Source: a plasmid
Sequence record: OW849071.1
Length of the DNA: 64,000 nucleotides
Direction: 5' to 3' (one strand)
The notes below the pieces were generated by a model, which made no database searches, had not been told where the DNA came from, and worked only from the letters and a program-made list of their open reading frames with translations. Below, in pieces: positions 50,029-60,046 of this stretch. A program made the position numbers and the translations under genes. Within the stretch, counting starts at the first letter, position 1, and the number at the start of each line of letters is the position of its first letter.

Positions 50029-50159
50029 TTTTCAAATTCTTTCATTTTTCGTTATCGACGTTCATTTCACACGCTACCGCCCATCCCTTTCAACGCAGAG
50101 GGCACTCGTTATAATTCAGAAATGGAACACTACTGCAGCGCCAGCAATGGCGCTGTGAA

Positions 50160-50744
50160 TCAATTAAGGCGAGGCTGTCCCCACGCCGATGGTTTTACGA
50201 CAAAAAGAACCGTTGCCGGCTGGTGATATACATCATCTGAATCCACATACGGCGCTATCCACAATGACGTTGTCTCCTCCCCTTTTCTTAATGGCCGGGG
50301 ATAATTACCTGGCGGTGTTGACGGTGACGTAAACGTTGACGCCACTACTGGTAAAGACATTTTCACTACCGGCAAAGACTGGAGCCTTTTCTCGGTTTCG
50401 AAATATATTGCCTCATTCTTTGCCGTTGGATTATTTAGGTACACTGCACGTGCTCGTTCTCTCTCCGCTGCCACTCTGGCCCGGTTCAGGTTGGGTTGAG
50501 GCGGCAACGGGAACGAATTAACTGACGTGGTTCTGAAATTACCCTCAGCCAGTTGTGGCAACCCGGCCGCAGCCGGCTTTGCATCACTGCGTACCTCCTT
50601 CAGCTTCGCTTTTTCATTTGCCTGCTCCATCGTCATACAGGTATCCGACGTCGTGGCATTACATTGAAATTCGGTCTCTGTGCCCGCACACCCGGTTAAG
50701 AGCAAAGCGCTGCCCAGAGGAATTAACAGCATTAATTCCTTCAT
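50160..50744 (-). CDS. traV: TraV outer-membrane lipoprotein
   Basis: Lipobox LLTGC; Pro-rich; conserved position. Confidence 0.8.
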   Translation of the reverse strand: MKELMLLIPLGSALLLTGCAGTETEFQCNATTSDTCMTMEQANEKAKLKEVRSDAKPAAAGLPQLAEGNFRTTSVNSFPLPPQPNLNRARVAAERERARAVYLNNPTAKNEAIYFETEKRLQSLPVVKMSLPVVASTFTSPSTPPGNYPRPLRKGEETTSLWIAPYVDSDDVYHQPATVLFVVKPSAWGQPRLN

Positions 50745-50766
50745 GATATTTCTCGCTATTTATCGG

Positions 50767-51132
50767 TTATTTCTTCAGGTTCATCCTGATTTGGGTATTT
50801 TCCTTAATCGCCCGAACAAATTTATCCCCTTCATCCGGACTCATTTCATAGTAAACACGCTTAATCTGGCTGACATCAGATCGGGCTAGAATCAGCCCTG
50901 AAGAACCCGAACCAGCCTCTCCGACGACAACACCGTTTTTCCGTATGATCACCCTGCGGACAGGAGTCCGACGGAAAACCACAGCGATCCCGGTAAACAC
51001 CACCGCCATCAGCAGCCAGAGCCAGAGAATATTATGCGTATAGCTCTGGTCGATATATGCTGCATACCCTGCCGCATCCGTACTGACGGTGGTGCAGTCT
51101 TCCTGTAAAACCGGAGGCAGTGGAGCGTTCAC
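50767..51132 (-). CDS. Hypothetical membrane protein in the TraP/TrbG position
   Basis: 121-aa ORF with one TM. Confidence 0.3.
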   Translation of the reverse strand: MNAPLPPVLQEDCTTVSTDAAGYAAYIDQSYTHNILWLWLLMAVVFTGIAVVFRRTPVRRVIIRKNGVVVGEAGSGSSGLILARSDVSQIKRVYYEMSPDEGDKFVRAIKENTQIRMNLKK

Positions 51133-51183
51133 CGCATCACCATTAAGTTCTTTCGGCCCCGTGCAGTCCTGAATGACATATCC

Positions 51184-51411
51184 CTACTGCTGCACAGACT
51201 CTACGGTTTTCACCAGCGTCTGGCCGAACGTGTACGGTCCCGTCAGGAACACCAGAACAACCAGTAACATCATCATGGCCAGCGGATACACCACCGCACA
51301 CTTAACCAGCCAGTGAGCCCAGCGCAGTGCTGACAGAACAGCAGTAATGAGAGACTTAGCCATTATTTTCCCCCTGCGGCGCTGCGCCCGGAGAGAACTC
51401 ACGCGGATCAA
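51184..51411 (-). CDS. TrbD-like small membrane protein
   Basis: 75-aa hydrophobic ORF overlapping the traB start. Confidence 0.3.
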   Translation of the reverse strand: MIRVSSLRAQRRRGKIMAKSLITAVLSALRWAHWLVKCAVVYPLAMMMLLVVLVFLTGPYTFGQTLVKTVESVQQ

Positions 51412-52780
51412 GTTTGCCCAGCTTCTTCAGCATCTCGTCAGTATTGAATCCGTTCATACCGCCGCCTGACTGATGATGTGCATCAGCCTGCGGTGCCGGC
51501 TCCGCCTCCTGATTCTGAGCCTGCTGTTGCCCGTTCTTTTCCGCTTCCAGTTCTTCAATCGTTTTCAGCTGGAATCCATCCTGGAACACGACGGTCACTT
51601 CGTTGCCGGCACCAATCGGAATGATCGGGTGATACTGCTCGGCCCTTTTGATGTAGTACTCGCTCAGCGTCTGCGCAGCTTTAGATGCACCACCGCCGAC
51701 CCCCATTTTCAGAACGTCACCGGCGCCAACAGTTGCGGTTGCCCCCAGGCCAACAGCCGGCTGTGAAGCCCGTTCCATGCCCTGACCAATCCCGTCAACA
51801 AAACCGGCCCCCCATGCCCAGCCGAGGATTTTTCCGTTACGCATCACCACCTCTCCCTTAACCCCGTTTTTCCCCATAAAGGAAACGTGGCCGTTAATGG
51901 GCTGATCGATGGTTTTATCACCTTTGATACAGCTGATATTGCGGGTACGGACAATGGCGCGTTCGCTGGAGACATCTCCCCAGGCCTCAAGGCCCACAAA
52001 ACACCCTGTCAGGTCGTAGGTTTTGCTGTTTGGCATTTCCACGCGACCGGTGATACGCAACTGCATCGGTACAGTTGATTCATTCCCGGTAACAGACGCG
52101 TTGGCATCTGCCCCCTCGATAAGCATACTTTTTGCAAAGCTCCCCGACGGAATGTACGGCAATGACTTCGTTTTTTTTCCTTTGTCGTAACTGAACGTTT
52201 TACGCTGTATCTGGTTTGGTACCGGTACAGACTGGTAGCTGACCTGCGGCGGCGGTGTCATACCATTCCCCGGATAGAATGCCGTCGGAGGCGGTACCGC
52301 GGCGCCGGTTTGCGGCGGATAACTGGCTGGCTGCGGCTCCCCTTCCGGACCGGGTGGCGGTGACGGAGGAGTCGGCGCGGGCTCGCCACCAGAGACAGCC
52401 GGTTTCACGCCCAGCGCCTTCAGCTGATTCTGCATGGCTTCATTGTCACTGCTGAGCTTGTCGATACGTATCTGGTCAGCGGTTCGCGCCTTACTCAGTA
52501 GGTCCACTTCCCCCTGCAGGGAGTCAAAACGCTTGTTGAGATCAGCGGCAGTCGCCTGCATTTCTGTTGTCGCGTGCTGCTCCACCTTACTGTTGAAGCT
52601 GCTGTCGACCACCCCGGTCATATCCGGTGCGGGTTCGCCCTGAGCCGGGGCTTCCTCATCAGAGCTCATGTTCAGATCTGACAGATACAGCCCGCCTCCG
52701 ACGGCTGCCGCGCCGCCCGCCAGAATGAGTCCCAGCCAGATATATTGCTTACGTTTGATCAGCGTGTTGAAGTTGGCCAT
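51356..52780 (-). CDS. traB: TraB (VirB10-like)
   Basis: 474 aa; Pro-rich linker; conserved C-terminal domain. Confidence 0.9.
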   Translation of the reverse strand: MANFNTLIKRKQYIWLGLILAGGAAAVGGGLYLSDLNMSSDEEAPAQGEPAPDMTGVVDSSFNSKVEQHATTEMQATAADLNKRFDSLQGEVDLLSKARTADQIRIDKLSSDNEAMQNQLKALGVKPAVSGGEPAPTPPSPPPGPEGEPQPASYPPQTGAAVPPPTAFYPGNGMTPPPQVSYQSVPVPNQIQRKTFSYDKGKKTKSLPYIPSGSFAKSMLIEGADANASVTGNESTVPMQLRITGRVEMPNSKTYDLTGCFVGLEAWGDVSSERAIVRTRNISCIKGDKTIDQPINGHVSFMGKNGVKGEVVMRNGKILGWAWGAGFVDGIGQGMERASQPAVGLGATATVGAGDVLKMGVGGGASKAAQTLSEYYIKRAEQYHPIIPIGAGNEVTVVFQDGFQLKTIEELEAEKNGQQQAQNQEAEPAPQADAHHQSGGGMNGFNTDEMLKKLGKLDPREFSPGAAPQGENNG

Positions 52781-53520
52781 CAGCGCTTCACTCCTTCATC
52801 TGACGTCGTGACCCAGATCTGCATGCGACCACCGGCAGTCAGCAGGCCCGCCGGGGTACTGAACATGACGGCACGTGTTCCGGGCTGCCAGAAATCGCTT
52901 TCACGCACCATACGGGCCGACAGGGAGACATTGTCCAGACTGTAACGGACAACTTTCAGGTGATGACCGACCCAGACCCGATCGGCAGTGGCGCGCAGAC
53001 CAGCCGGCACCTGCAGTACTTCAGAAGTGACGGGGACAGACTGATACTCACCGGGTACGCTGCCCTGACGCACGGCGCGATTCAGCGAAACCAGTAACGA
53101 TTCATAGGGGTTCGACTCTTCCCAGGCTTTTGCCGGACCGGGGGTACCCGCCAGCTCGCTGACCAGCTGAATTGTCCGGCCTGAGCCCGCACGGGGCACG
53201 GCACGAATGGAGAAGTTCAGCCCGCGTTCGGTTTCCACAATGAAGGTGAATGGTTTTTTACTGACGGTCGCCAGAATGGCGCCGCCGCTGTCGGTCTGCT
53301 CCTGATTTGTCAGGCCGCCGTCCAGGCTGTTTATCGCCGTGATGCGATCGCCAGGTACTGTGAACAGATTCGGATCGGTGTTACTCACGGCAATATTTGC
53401 CTGACCGCCATTGGTCAGGGGAACCACTGTCGGCTCCAGCGTACCGCTGAGGGTCGCGGACATCGCAGGGGCGACCAACAGCAGACAGCCTGAAATAAAT
53501 AACGGGTTAATTTTTTTCAT
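52780..53520 (-). CDS. traK: TraK (secretin-like/VirB9-like)
   Basis: 246 aa with signal peptide. Confidence 0.85.
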   Translation of the reverse strand: MKKINPLFISGCLLLVAPAMSATLSGTLEPTVVPLTNGGQANIAVSNTDPNLFTVPGDRITAINSLDGGLTNQEQTDSGGAILATVSKKPFTFIVETERGLNFSIRAVPRAGSGRTIQLVSELAGTPGPAKAWEESNPYESLLVSLNRAVRQGSVPGEYQSVPVTSEVLQVPAGLRATADRVWVGHHLKVVRYSLDNVSLSARMVRESDFWQPGTRAVMFSTPAGLLTAGGRMQIWVTTSDEGVKR

Positions 53521-54073
53521 TATTTATTTCTCCAAAACGCGCCAGCCAGCTGACACCATCGACACGACTGAACTGAATGACATAACTTTTAATTTCACTG
53601 TAGGGTTTGGAATCCCCAATCCACGTTTTCAGCTCACCCCGGATATCCACGCGGTTCTCTGCCGGCCAGGCACGCATCGACGTCATATAAAAGGTGGAAT
53701 TAACGTTATTGTCTTTAATGCGTTTCGCATCTTCAGCCAGATGGACCTTGAGGCTGTTCTGCGAGGCAGGTAATACATACCGGAGTAGCTGCTGATGCTG
53801 GGCATCAACCGTTTCCGGCGTGACATTCAGACGCAGGGCAACAAAGGACAGGCCCAGCTGCTCAATATAAGAGGCGTCAGCCTGGTTCTGAGACACCGCA
53901 AAGGGTGCACGGAATAACATCGGTGTCACCGCCACTTTCTGTTCCGTCTGCAGACGGTAATTATTTATGCCTTGGATAATATTGGTTGCAAGACTGAGGG
54001 TCAGGAGTGTCCCCAGACTGATAAATCCCACAGCGATAACGCGGGTGGTATTTTGTCTGGCACCATGTTCCAT
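53507..54073 (-). CDS. traE: TraE
   Basis: 188 aa, N-terminal TM, same size as F TraE. Confidence 0.85.
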   Translation of the reverse strand: MEHGARQNTTRVIAVGFISLGTLLTLSLATNIIQGINNYRLQTEQKVAVTPMLFRAPFAVSQNQADASYIEQLGLSFVALRLNVTPETVDAQHQQLLRYVLPASQNSLKVHLAEDAKRIKDNNVNSTFYMTSMRAWPAENRVDIRGELKTWIGDSKPYSEIKSYVIQFSRVDGVSWLARFGEINNEKN

Positions 54074-54092
54074 ATGTTATTTCCCCGTTGAT

Positions 54093-54401
54093 TTATTTAA
54101 TCCACTGCCGGAAACAGGAGTCCGGAACATCATGAAAGAAACCTTTAAGAAGGGAGGTTGGCAGATACCAGTAAATCAGGTCGCGTAGCCAGGAACTGCC
54201 CCGCCCTTTTTTCAGTTTCTTGATACCCCAGAAAACCAGTACCGCTGAAGCTATGCCAAAAATGAACTTGCTGGTCCAGAAACCCCAGCCGAGACAAATC
54301 ACGGCCGGGATAAGTTCATCGAGATATAAGCCAAACCAGCGGGACTGGTTAGTCAGTGTTTCCGGGAAACGGTATCGCTTTAATTCGTCTCCCGTCATCA
54401 C
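54093..54401 (-). CDS. traL: TraL
   Basis: Small membrane protein following traA. Confidence 0.8.
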   Translation of the reverse strand: MMTGDELKRYRFPETLTNQSRWFGLYLDELIPAVICLGWGFWTSKFIFGIASAVLVFWGIKKLKKGRGSSWLRDLIYWYLPTSLLKGFFHDVPDSCFRQWIK

Positions 54402-54411
54402 GTGCTTCCTG

Positions 54412-54780
54412 TCAGTAACCGGCGACCGACATACCGATGGTTATAAAGGTGGAAATAATCGCGAAGCCAAACAGGAACTTCACGTTTTTGGTCATCATGT
54501 ACATGATGCCACCGGCGACGACTTCTGCCAGAACAACCCATTTGACTACGCTGGATTGCTTACCAAACGTGCCTTTAACGGTCGCATCCCCGGACTTCAT
54601 CAGGTCGGTTGCCGTGGTGGTGGCCATCGCAGCATCCGGGAAGAACGCCGCCACAGCAGCAACCGGCAGCGCAACTTTAGCGACTTTCAGGGCTTTCTTT
54701 TTATTGAAAACGCGGGACATAAAAGACGGTTTGGTTTTTTCAGAGACAGCAGAGCCCTGAACACTTAATACAGCATTCAT
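54412..54780 (-). CDS. traA: TraA propilin
   Basis: [20 protein letters not shown]...[36 protein letters not shown] matches F-type propilin. Confidence 0.9.
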   Translation of the reverse strand: MNAVLSVQGSAVSEKTKPSFMSRVFNKKKALKVAKVALPVAAVAAFFPDAAMATTTATDLMKSGDATVKGTFGKQSSVVKWVVLAEVVAGGIMYMMTKNVKFLFGFAIISTFITIGMSVAGY

Positions 54781-54841
54781 ATTTATTTCCTTTAAAAAGA
54801 ATGGTTGATATATAAAACAGATTTTTGACTATGATGTTAAA

Positions 54842-55060
54842 TCACTCTTCCTTTTCACCTCCTGGTACGGCTAGTTCCGAGTTATAAAAGTCCGGAAAAC
54901 GTTCTAGATGATCTTTCAGTCTCAAATAAGCTTCAGCTGTTTTACTTCTTCTGCTTCTGTCTTTTGCTTTGATGAGTCGACGATTAGTTTCTTCATCTAA
55001 TTTTAAAAGCACATTTTTTCCAGGCGCAGGTCGTGCGTTGCTCCTAATCGCTCTTTCCAA
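54842..55060 (-). CDS. traY: TraY ribbon-helix-helix relaxosome/regulatory protein
   Basis: NVLLKLDEETNRRLIKAKDRSRRSKTAEAYLRLKDHLERFPDFY is an RHH signature. Confidence 0.8.
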   Translation of the reverse strand: MERAIRSNARPAPGKNVLLKLDEETNRRLIKAKDRSRRSKTAEAYLRLKDHLERFPDFYNSELAVPGGEKEE

Positions 55061-55180
55061 TCGACCTCCAAAGTAAGATTACCAACCTTTAATAAATCTT
55101 ACATTGGAGGATTTAAAAGTAAACAAACTAAGGAGAAATCTTGAGTAAATTATTTTCACAAATCAAAAGTACCGACGGTA

Positions 55181-55900
55181 CTATTGATTTAACAAAAAAT
55201 TAACACCATCGTTTAATATCGAAACCACATTCGATATAAACTTTCCATAACTTAGAGTATAGATCGATGACATTATGATATAGTCACGATTATCAAAGCT
55301 CAGTTCCTTTTTTATTTTACTAACTGTATTTTTTGAGGTTTGCACCCCAACACCTGTAATCTTCGAAATAGATGCATGAGAAAACCCAACCGCATACAGA
55401 TTAAAGATAGCCCAGTCAGACTTTGCTGAACGCTGAATTCTTTCGATATATCTTTGCATCTTTATAGAAAAGTCATTGTATTCCATTGAAGGATGAGGCA
55501 TCGGTTCATCTTCATTTATAAAAACCCATTTACTGTATGTATCTTCATTAATCGAGAACGTTTCAATAAAAACAGTCCAAAGTGAACCTGCCAACCAAAT
55601 ATTTTTAACAAGTACAGCAGAACCTTCTGAAAACGATTTCAGTTCTGACTGCATCAGTTCCAGTTTGATCTCCAGGGAGAGATCCAGAAACCAGCTTCCA
55701 GGTGCTCTGGGTGTATCAAATGCTCCAGTTCCACCAGATGTTAAGAAAATTTTGTCAAAGGTTGGGCTGGTGTGAATTACTTCGCCCCGGGAATCACGAA
55801 TAAAAGCAGGGCAAGATGAAATATTAAGCATCTCGCGCATAGAATGAATGGAATCTGTTTGACTGCGCACAGCAATATGACTACGATCCTTCGCACACAT
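55181..55900 (-). CDS. traJ: TraJ transfer activator
   Basis: 239-aa ORF between traM and traY with a C-terminal HTH-like region. Confidence 0.65.
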   Translation of the reverse strand: MCAKDRSHIAVRSQTDSIHSMREMLNISSCPAFIRDSRGEVIHTSPTFDKIFLTSGGTGAFDTPRAPGSWFLDLSLEIKLELMQSELKSFSEGSAVLVKNIWLAGSLWTVFIETFSINEDTYSKWVFINEDEPMPHPSMEYNDFSIKMQRYIERIQRSAKSDWAIFNLYAVGFSHASISKITGVGVQTSKNTVSKIKKELSFDNRDYIIMSSIYTLSYGKFISNVVSILNDGVNFLLNQ

Positions 55901-55904
55901 AGGC

Positions 55905-55990
55905 GCCTCCTGGAAAGGACACTATGGATAGTTGACGTTCGGGGGGACTAGCCCCGGACGTCAACGCTTCAACAAATTTTATTACAACCC
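55905..55990 (+). ncRNA. finP: Candidate FinP antisense RNA (antisense to the traJ leader)
   Basis: Strong hairpin ttgacgttcggggggactagccccggacgtcaa in the traJ 5'-UTR region. Confidence 0.35.
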
Positions 55991-56099
55991 TGTAAGTATT
56001 CTATATTCCTTATTCTTCCATGTCACTTTTTAAAGCTAGATCATTATTCTTTTTTTACTACTGAATTAATTACAAACCACCATAAACACACACCAGTTC

Positions 56100-56483
56100 T
56101 TACTCTTCTTCCTGCTCGGGGAAGAAGTGAGAAATAACATCTTTTGCATCTTCTCGAATGTTACTCACCATGCTGCGGAACTCGAATCGTTCATCACCTG
56201 TAACATGAGGGCTTAGAGAGCCAATAGCCAAAAGTTTGGATACGGTAAACTGAGTCTTCATGACATTCTCAAGCAAAATCTTATTAAACTCAGTTTGGTT
56301 AAACCCTGAATCTTTTCTTTCCATTTGAGCCTCATAAACCCTAAGCCCTAATTCAAGGAGCATCGAAGCGACACTTGAAAAACTGACATCCTTTTCCTTT
56401 GCCCCTTCAGCCCTTCGCTTTTCCACTATTGCATTAATTTTCTCTGCAACTTCATCACTAGCATAAGCTTGTACCCTGGCCAT
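56100..56483 (-). CDS. traM: TraM relaxosome protein
   Basis: MARVQAYASDEVAEKINAIVEKRRAEGAKEKDVSFSSVASMLLELGLRVYEAQMERK... closely resembles F TraM. Confidence 0.85.
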   Translation of the reverse strand: MARVQAYASDEVAEKINAIVEKRRAEGAKEKDVSFSSVASMLLELGLRVYEAQMERKDSGFNQTEFNKILLENVMKTQFTVSKLLAIGSLSPHVTGDERFEFRSMVSNIREDAKDVISHFFPEQEEE

Positions 56484-56519
56484 ATCGGTTCCTTTATTAA
56501 AAACAGCATCAAGCAAGTT

Positions 56520-56880
56520 ATTATGGCGAGAAGATAACGCGAGTTTACCTTCTTTACAACTCTAAACTTAAGTCTAGAGTCTAAGAAAGTTGCATTACGA
56601 GTCACATGGCGACTTAAGTCTAGAGTTAAGTCGCTTTAAATATATGATTATAAAAGAGTGAGTCATAAACGAGTCGCTATAGACTTACCGACGACTTACT
56701 ACTGACTCGCCGGCAACTCACATATATATAAAGAAAAATAACATAATGTAATATAACTACAGTTAAGCCACTGAAGCTAAAGTGAAATCTGCAAAATTTT
56801 AATTTTGCGTAGTGTGTGGTCATTTTGTGGTGAGGAGTGCATATATGTTGAGTCTCGGTCTTGGATGGGTTAAGGTTATT
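56520..56880 (+). promoter_or_regulatory. oriT: oriT: TraM-binding repeats (taagtctagagt...), AT-rich IHF-like region, inverted repeat gcaaaattttaattttgc and F-like nic motif ...tgcgtagtgtgt|ggtcatttt (nick predicted near 56817/56818; plus strand is the T-strand)
   Basis: Similarity to the F nic region TTTGCGTGGGGTGT|GGTGCTTTTGGTGGTGAG; location between traM and gene X. Confidence 0.7.
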
Positions 56881-56906
56881 CCGGGATTTGGCACGGAGGG
56901 GAATTC

Positions 56907-57392
56907 ATGAAGGGAGCAGCGTTTGGTATCATCCTGTCTTTAATACCATTGTCATCAATGGCAGCAGACTGCTTTGATATGGCTGGCAGGGATTACAAAA
57001 TTGATCCGGATCTCCTGCGTGCTATATCATGGCAAGAATCACGATTTAAAATTGATGCGATTGGTCGTAATCCTGTTACGGGTTATGGATCAGGCTTGAT
57101 GCAAATTGACTCGCAGCATTTCAACGAACTGTCGCGATATGGAATAAAACCGGATCATCTTCTTAGCGATGCTTGTCTTAACATCTACACCGGAGCCTAT
57201 TATCTGGCTCAGGCGTTTAAAAAGTGGGGCGTTTCGTGGGATGCAGTCGGGGCATACAATGCAGGCTTCAAAAAGACCCCGCGCCAGGCAGCAAGACGTT
57301 ACGAGTATGCGAAGAAGATCCATTACTACTACACGGCTATCAAAGCAAGCAAACGAACTTCTTCTAAAGATCAGAAAATCGCCATGAACTAA
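56907..57392 (+). CDS. Gene X / orf169 (P19-like) lytic transglycosylase
   Basis: ...[52 protein letters not shown]...GAYNAG matches F Orf169 and the SLT-domain catalytic-Glu context. Confidence 0.85.
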   Translation: MKGAAFGIILSLIPLSSMAADCFDMAGRDYKIDPDLLRAISWQESRFKIDAIGRNPVTGYGSGLMQIDSQHFNELSRYGIKPDHLLSDACLNIYTGAYYLAQAFKKWGVSWDAVGAYNAGFKKTPRQAARRYEYAKKIHYYYTAIKASKRTSSKDQKIAMN

Positions 57393-57424
57393 AAAACCTT
57401 CTGATATAAGAAGGCTTGAATTTC

Positions 57425-57757
57425 TTAAAAATCTACGGCATCTATACCTGGATAATAATCGGCATCACTATCAAAATGAAAAAGCAGATACCCGCCCTCC
57501 CGGTGCATTAGTATGAGATTTTTGCGTAAAAATTTTGACACCCCACCTCTTTTTAGCGCCAGAAGATGGCGTTTGAAATCATACATCCTTATAACACAAC
57601 CATAAGGTGTATCATGTATCCACTCTAAGTAACTATCGCAAGTTAGATAATTGGTTGTTGATGAAAGCACCTGAAGAACTCTGATATCACCTTCTTCCAT
57701 ATGTGAAATACTGATACAGACAGCTTTAAATTCAAACATAAGTATTCCCACCATCAA
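57425..57757 (-). CDS. Hypothetical 110-aa leading-region protein
   Basis: Intact ORF co-oriented with the leading-region genes. Confidence 0.35.
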   Translation of the reverse strand: MMVGILMFEFKAVCISISHMEEGDIRVLQVLSSTTNYLTCDSYLEWIHDTPYGCVIRMYDFKRHLLALKRGGVSKFLRKNLILMHREGGYLLFHFDSDADYYPGIDAVDF

Positions 57758-57786
57758 AACGCCGGACAGCTGCCCGGCGCTTATAA

Positions 57787-58623
57787 TTAGCCTTTAAGAG
57801 TGCGGAATTTCTCCGCAATTAACCACAATGCCTTATTGAGTTTAACATCACCATCGATTGCTTTTACTGGCCGGGTTGTTGTTCTTTTCCCTTTTTCAGT
57901 TCGGCCAGGCAAACCGCCTTTAATCAGATTTTCCTGGACCCTTTGATATGTAGTCCAGATGTCATCTTTTTTATCTTCATAACGGCGCGGATGAATTATC
58001 TGTTCAATACTGACCGGAGATTTATTTTCATCTTCATATCGGTAGGTTAATGCAGCTTGTCCAAACAGACGCTGTTCTTCCTTGGTTAAGGTAATAGACT
58101 TCATGACATCAACGCCTTCAGTTATTTTATCGAAAATTCCCAAAACTTCGTAAGCACCTTCGATAACCCTTCCCACAATATCACCTTTATGAGGTACACG
58201 AATCTCACCAAACGACGTACCGCACACAAGGCCATTTGTGCATACAAAACGGAACATACCCGGGATCATTTGATAACTGGACGATCCATCATGCGAGTTA
58301 AGAAGAATGATTTCGGGTACTTCTGTTCCTTTATTGGCCCCTTCACGGCGAAGTCTTACCATATGCTTAGTATGCCCCCGTTTATCCTCATCCCTTACTC
58401 GTGACTGACAGGCAAAAAATGGCTGGAAACCTTCTTCACGTAATTTATCCAGCAGTGTAATGGTTGGAATATAGGTATAGCGATCACTACGTGAATTATG
58501 CTTTTCTTCTGAAAACACAGAAGGTACAACCTTGACCAATTCATCGTTAGTCAGTGGGCGTTCCTGACGAATGGAATGAGTAAGTCCAAATCGGGATGCT
58601 AAACGCATATTATTCTCCTTCAC
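57787..58623 (-). CDS. DUF932-family protein (common in plasmid leading regions and ICEs)
   Basis: 278 aa; by-eye resemblance to DUF932/YfjQ-like proteins. Confidence 0.5.
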   Translation of the reverse strand: MKENNMRLASRFGLTHSIRQERPLTNDELVKVVPSVFSEEKHNSRSDRYTYIPTITLLDKLREEGFQPFFACQSRVRDEDKRGHTKHMVRLRREGANKGTEVPEIILLNSHDGSSSYQMIPGMFRFVCTNGLVCGTSFGEIRVPHKGDIVGRVIEGAYEVLGIFDKITEGVDVMKSITLTKEEQRLFGQAALTYRYEDENKSPVSIEQIIHPRRYEDKKDDIWTTYQRVQENLIKGGLPGRTEKGKRTTTRPVKAIDGDVKLNKALWLIAEKFRTLKG

Positions 58624-58632
58624 CTGTTTAAT

Positions 58633-59330
58633 TTTTTAACCATCACCCGTTGAGTTGCCGGGGCCGCGGTTTTGACTTTGTGCGGGGACCTGCTGAACCT
58701 GCCCCTGGATATAACCTTCACCCGTTTGAGAGCCGTTCGCCGCAAGGGCGTAAACGAGCACGGCCCGGTGCAGATGTCCGGGGGTGAGCGGGAAATTTTT
58801 TTCGGTCTAATGAAGCGCAGCGGAATGGCCGGGAAAAATTTATTGCGAAAGGCTCTGCCGTCCCCTGGACAGCAAGACGGGTTGTGCTTGTCTCAGCCCC
58901 GGCGAATGGACTCAAACGGGTGATACGGGTACCAGGGGAAAGGAGCAGGCACCCGCCGCAACGACGAAGAGCGCGGGCGCGAAACGGCGTTGCCCCGCAG
59001 AGTGCCGGCAGTCCTTCGCCGGCACGGTGAAAGCGGCGCGGCCGGAACGGCCGCAGCAAGCGCTGCCGTTGACTTTGACCTCAGACATCAGACACTAGCC
59101 GTCAGGCCCGAAAGCGCGTAGCGGGTTCGGCGGAGCCCGGCGGGTGCGAAGCAGCTGCCCTGGCGGAGTGTGGCTCGACGACCGGACAGCGCAGCTGGCC
59201 GGGAGCCGAAGGTGTCCAGTGTGGGTATGCTTTTAAAGCCTTTAAGGTTTAAAAAGAGGCATCACAGCAGGGAGAAGGAGAGGAAGCAGGCAAACAGCAG
59301 GCAGCAAACAGGGAAGACGCGGAAAGGAAA
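58633..59330 (+). promoter_or_regulatory. GC-rich structured repeat A (Frpo-like candidate ssDNA promoter), between the methylase and DUF932 genes
   Basis: ~90% identical over ~560 bp to 62027..62650; long-range inverted repeats (cacccgtttgagagcc / ggactcaaacgggtg) predict an extended hairpin on the T-strand; no credible ORF. Confidence 0.5.
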
Positions 59331-59435
59331 TGCGGGCGGCGCGTCAGCGCGGCCCGGTTTTCCCGGCGCCGCAGGCGCGCGGTCTTTCGAGGCGCGGCCA
59401 GACGGGGACAGGTGCCCCGCCGGCTTAACGTGTCA

Positions 59436-60026
59436 TCAGACGGTTATTCTGAGAATGGCGGTCGCTACCTGGGTATACGTGAATGTTCCCCGTGGCAACG
59501 GCTCCCAGACGTCCGCCAGGGACTCCAGCGCCTTTTGCTGACGCGGCCCGTCCAGACATATGCCCGTCAGAATCCCGCCAGGTTCAAGCAGAGTTAATGC
59601 CCGCCGGATATGCCGGATATCATCACCGCGATTAAACGGCGGATTCATGATAATTCGTGTATACCGGCGCTCCGGATGATATTCGAGAAAATCTCCGCAC
59701 CAGATCCGGACCTCCGGGAAATGAGCCTGCAGGTGACGGGCTAACCCGGCGTGCAGCTCCACGGCGTCACACTTCGCCCGGGGGACTGCATCCCTGATCG
59801 CCTGCAGTATGGCGCCCGTTCCGGCACTGGGTTCCAGAATGCGATCGGTTTCCCGGACATCAGCCAGCTCAACTAACCGGCGACATTCCGGGGAGGGGGT
59901 GACAAAAAGTTGCGAGCTACCCCGAATTTCAGCGACAGGGGCGCGCCCTTCCAGTTTGACCCGCATCGCCTGAATACGGTGTTTAAGGTCATGATGCATG
60001 AATGTACTCCCTGACCTCCCCGGCAA
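59436..60026 (-). CDS. Orphan N6-adenine DNA methyltransferase
   Basis: SAM-binding EPSAGTGAIL and catalytic NPPF motifs; no adjacent endonuclease. Confidence 0.75.
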   Translation of the reverse strand: MPGRSGSTFMHHDLKHRIQAMRVKLEGRAPVAEIRGSSQLFVTPSPECRRLVELADVRETDRILEPSAGTGAILQAIRDAVPRAKCDAVELHAGLARHLQAHFPEVRIWCGDFLEYHPERRYTRIIMNPPFNRGDDIRHIRRALTLLEPGGILTGICLDGPRQQKALESLADVWEPLPRGTFTYTQVATAILRITV

Positions 60027-60046
60027 GATGCCGGGGAGCCTTCCTG

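Noticed and set aside
56907-57392. Gene X lytic transglycosylase lies on the strand opposite all tra and leading-region genes; considered a local inversion
   Set aside because: The nic motif and inverted repeat place the plus strand as the T-strand with the leading region to the right, so the layout is self-consistent. I cannot verify from memory that the canonical F orientation differs, so no anomaly is claimed.
58672-59541. ORFs within the GC-rich leading-region repeats (58672..58923, 59170..59541, and 62061..62432, 62500..62979 in copy B)
   Set aside because: Low-complexity Arg/Ala/Gly-rich translations; reading frames not conserved between the two repeat copies; region better explained as structured non-coding DNA.
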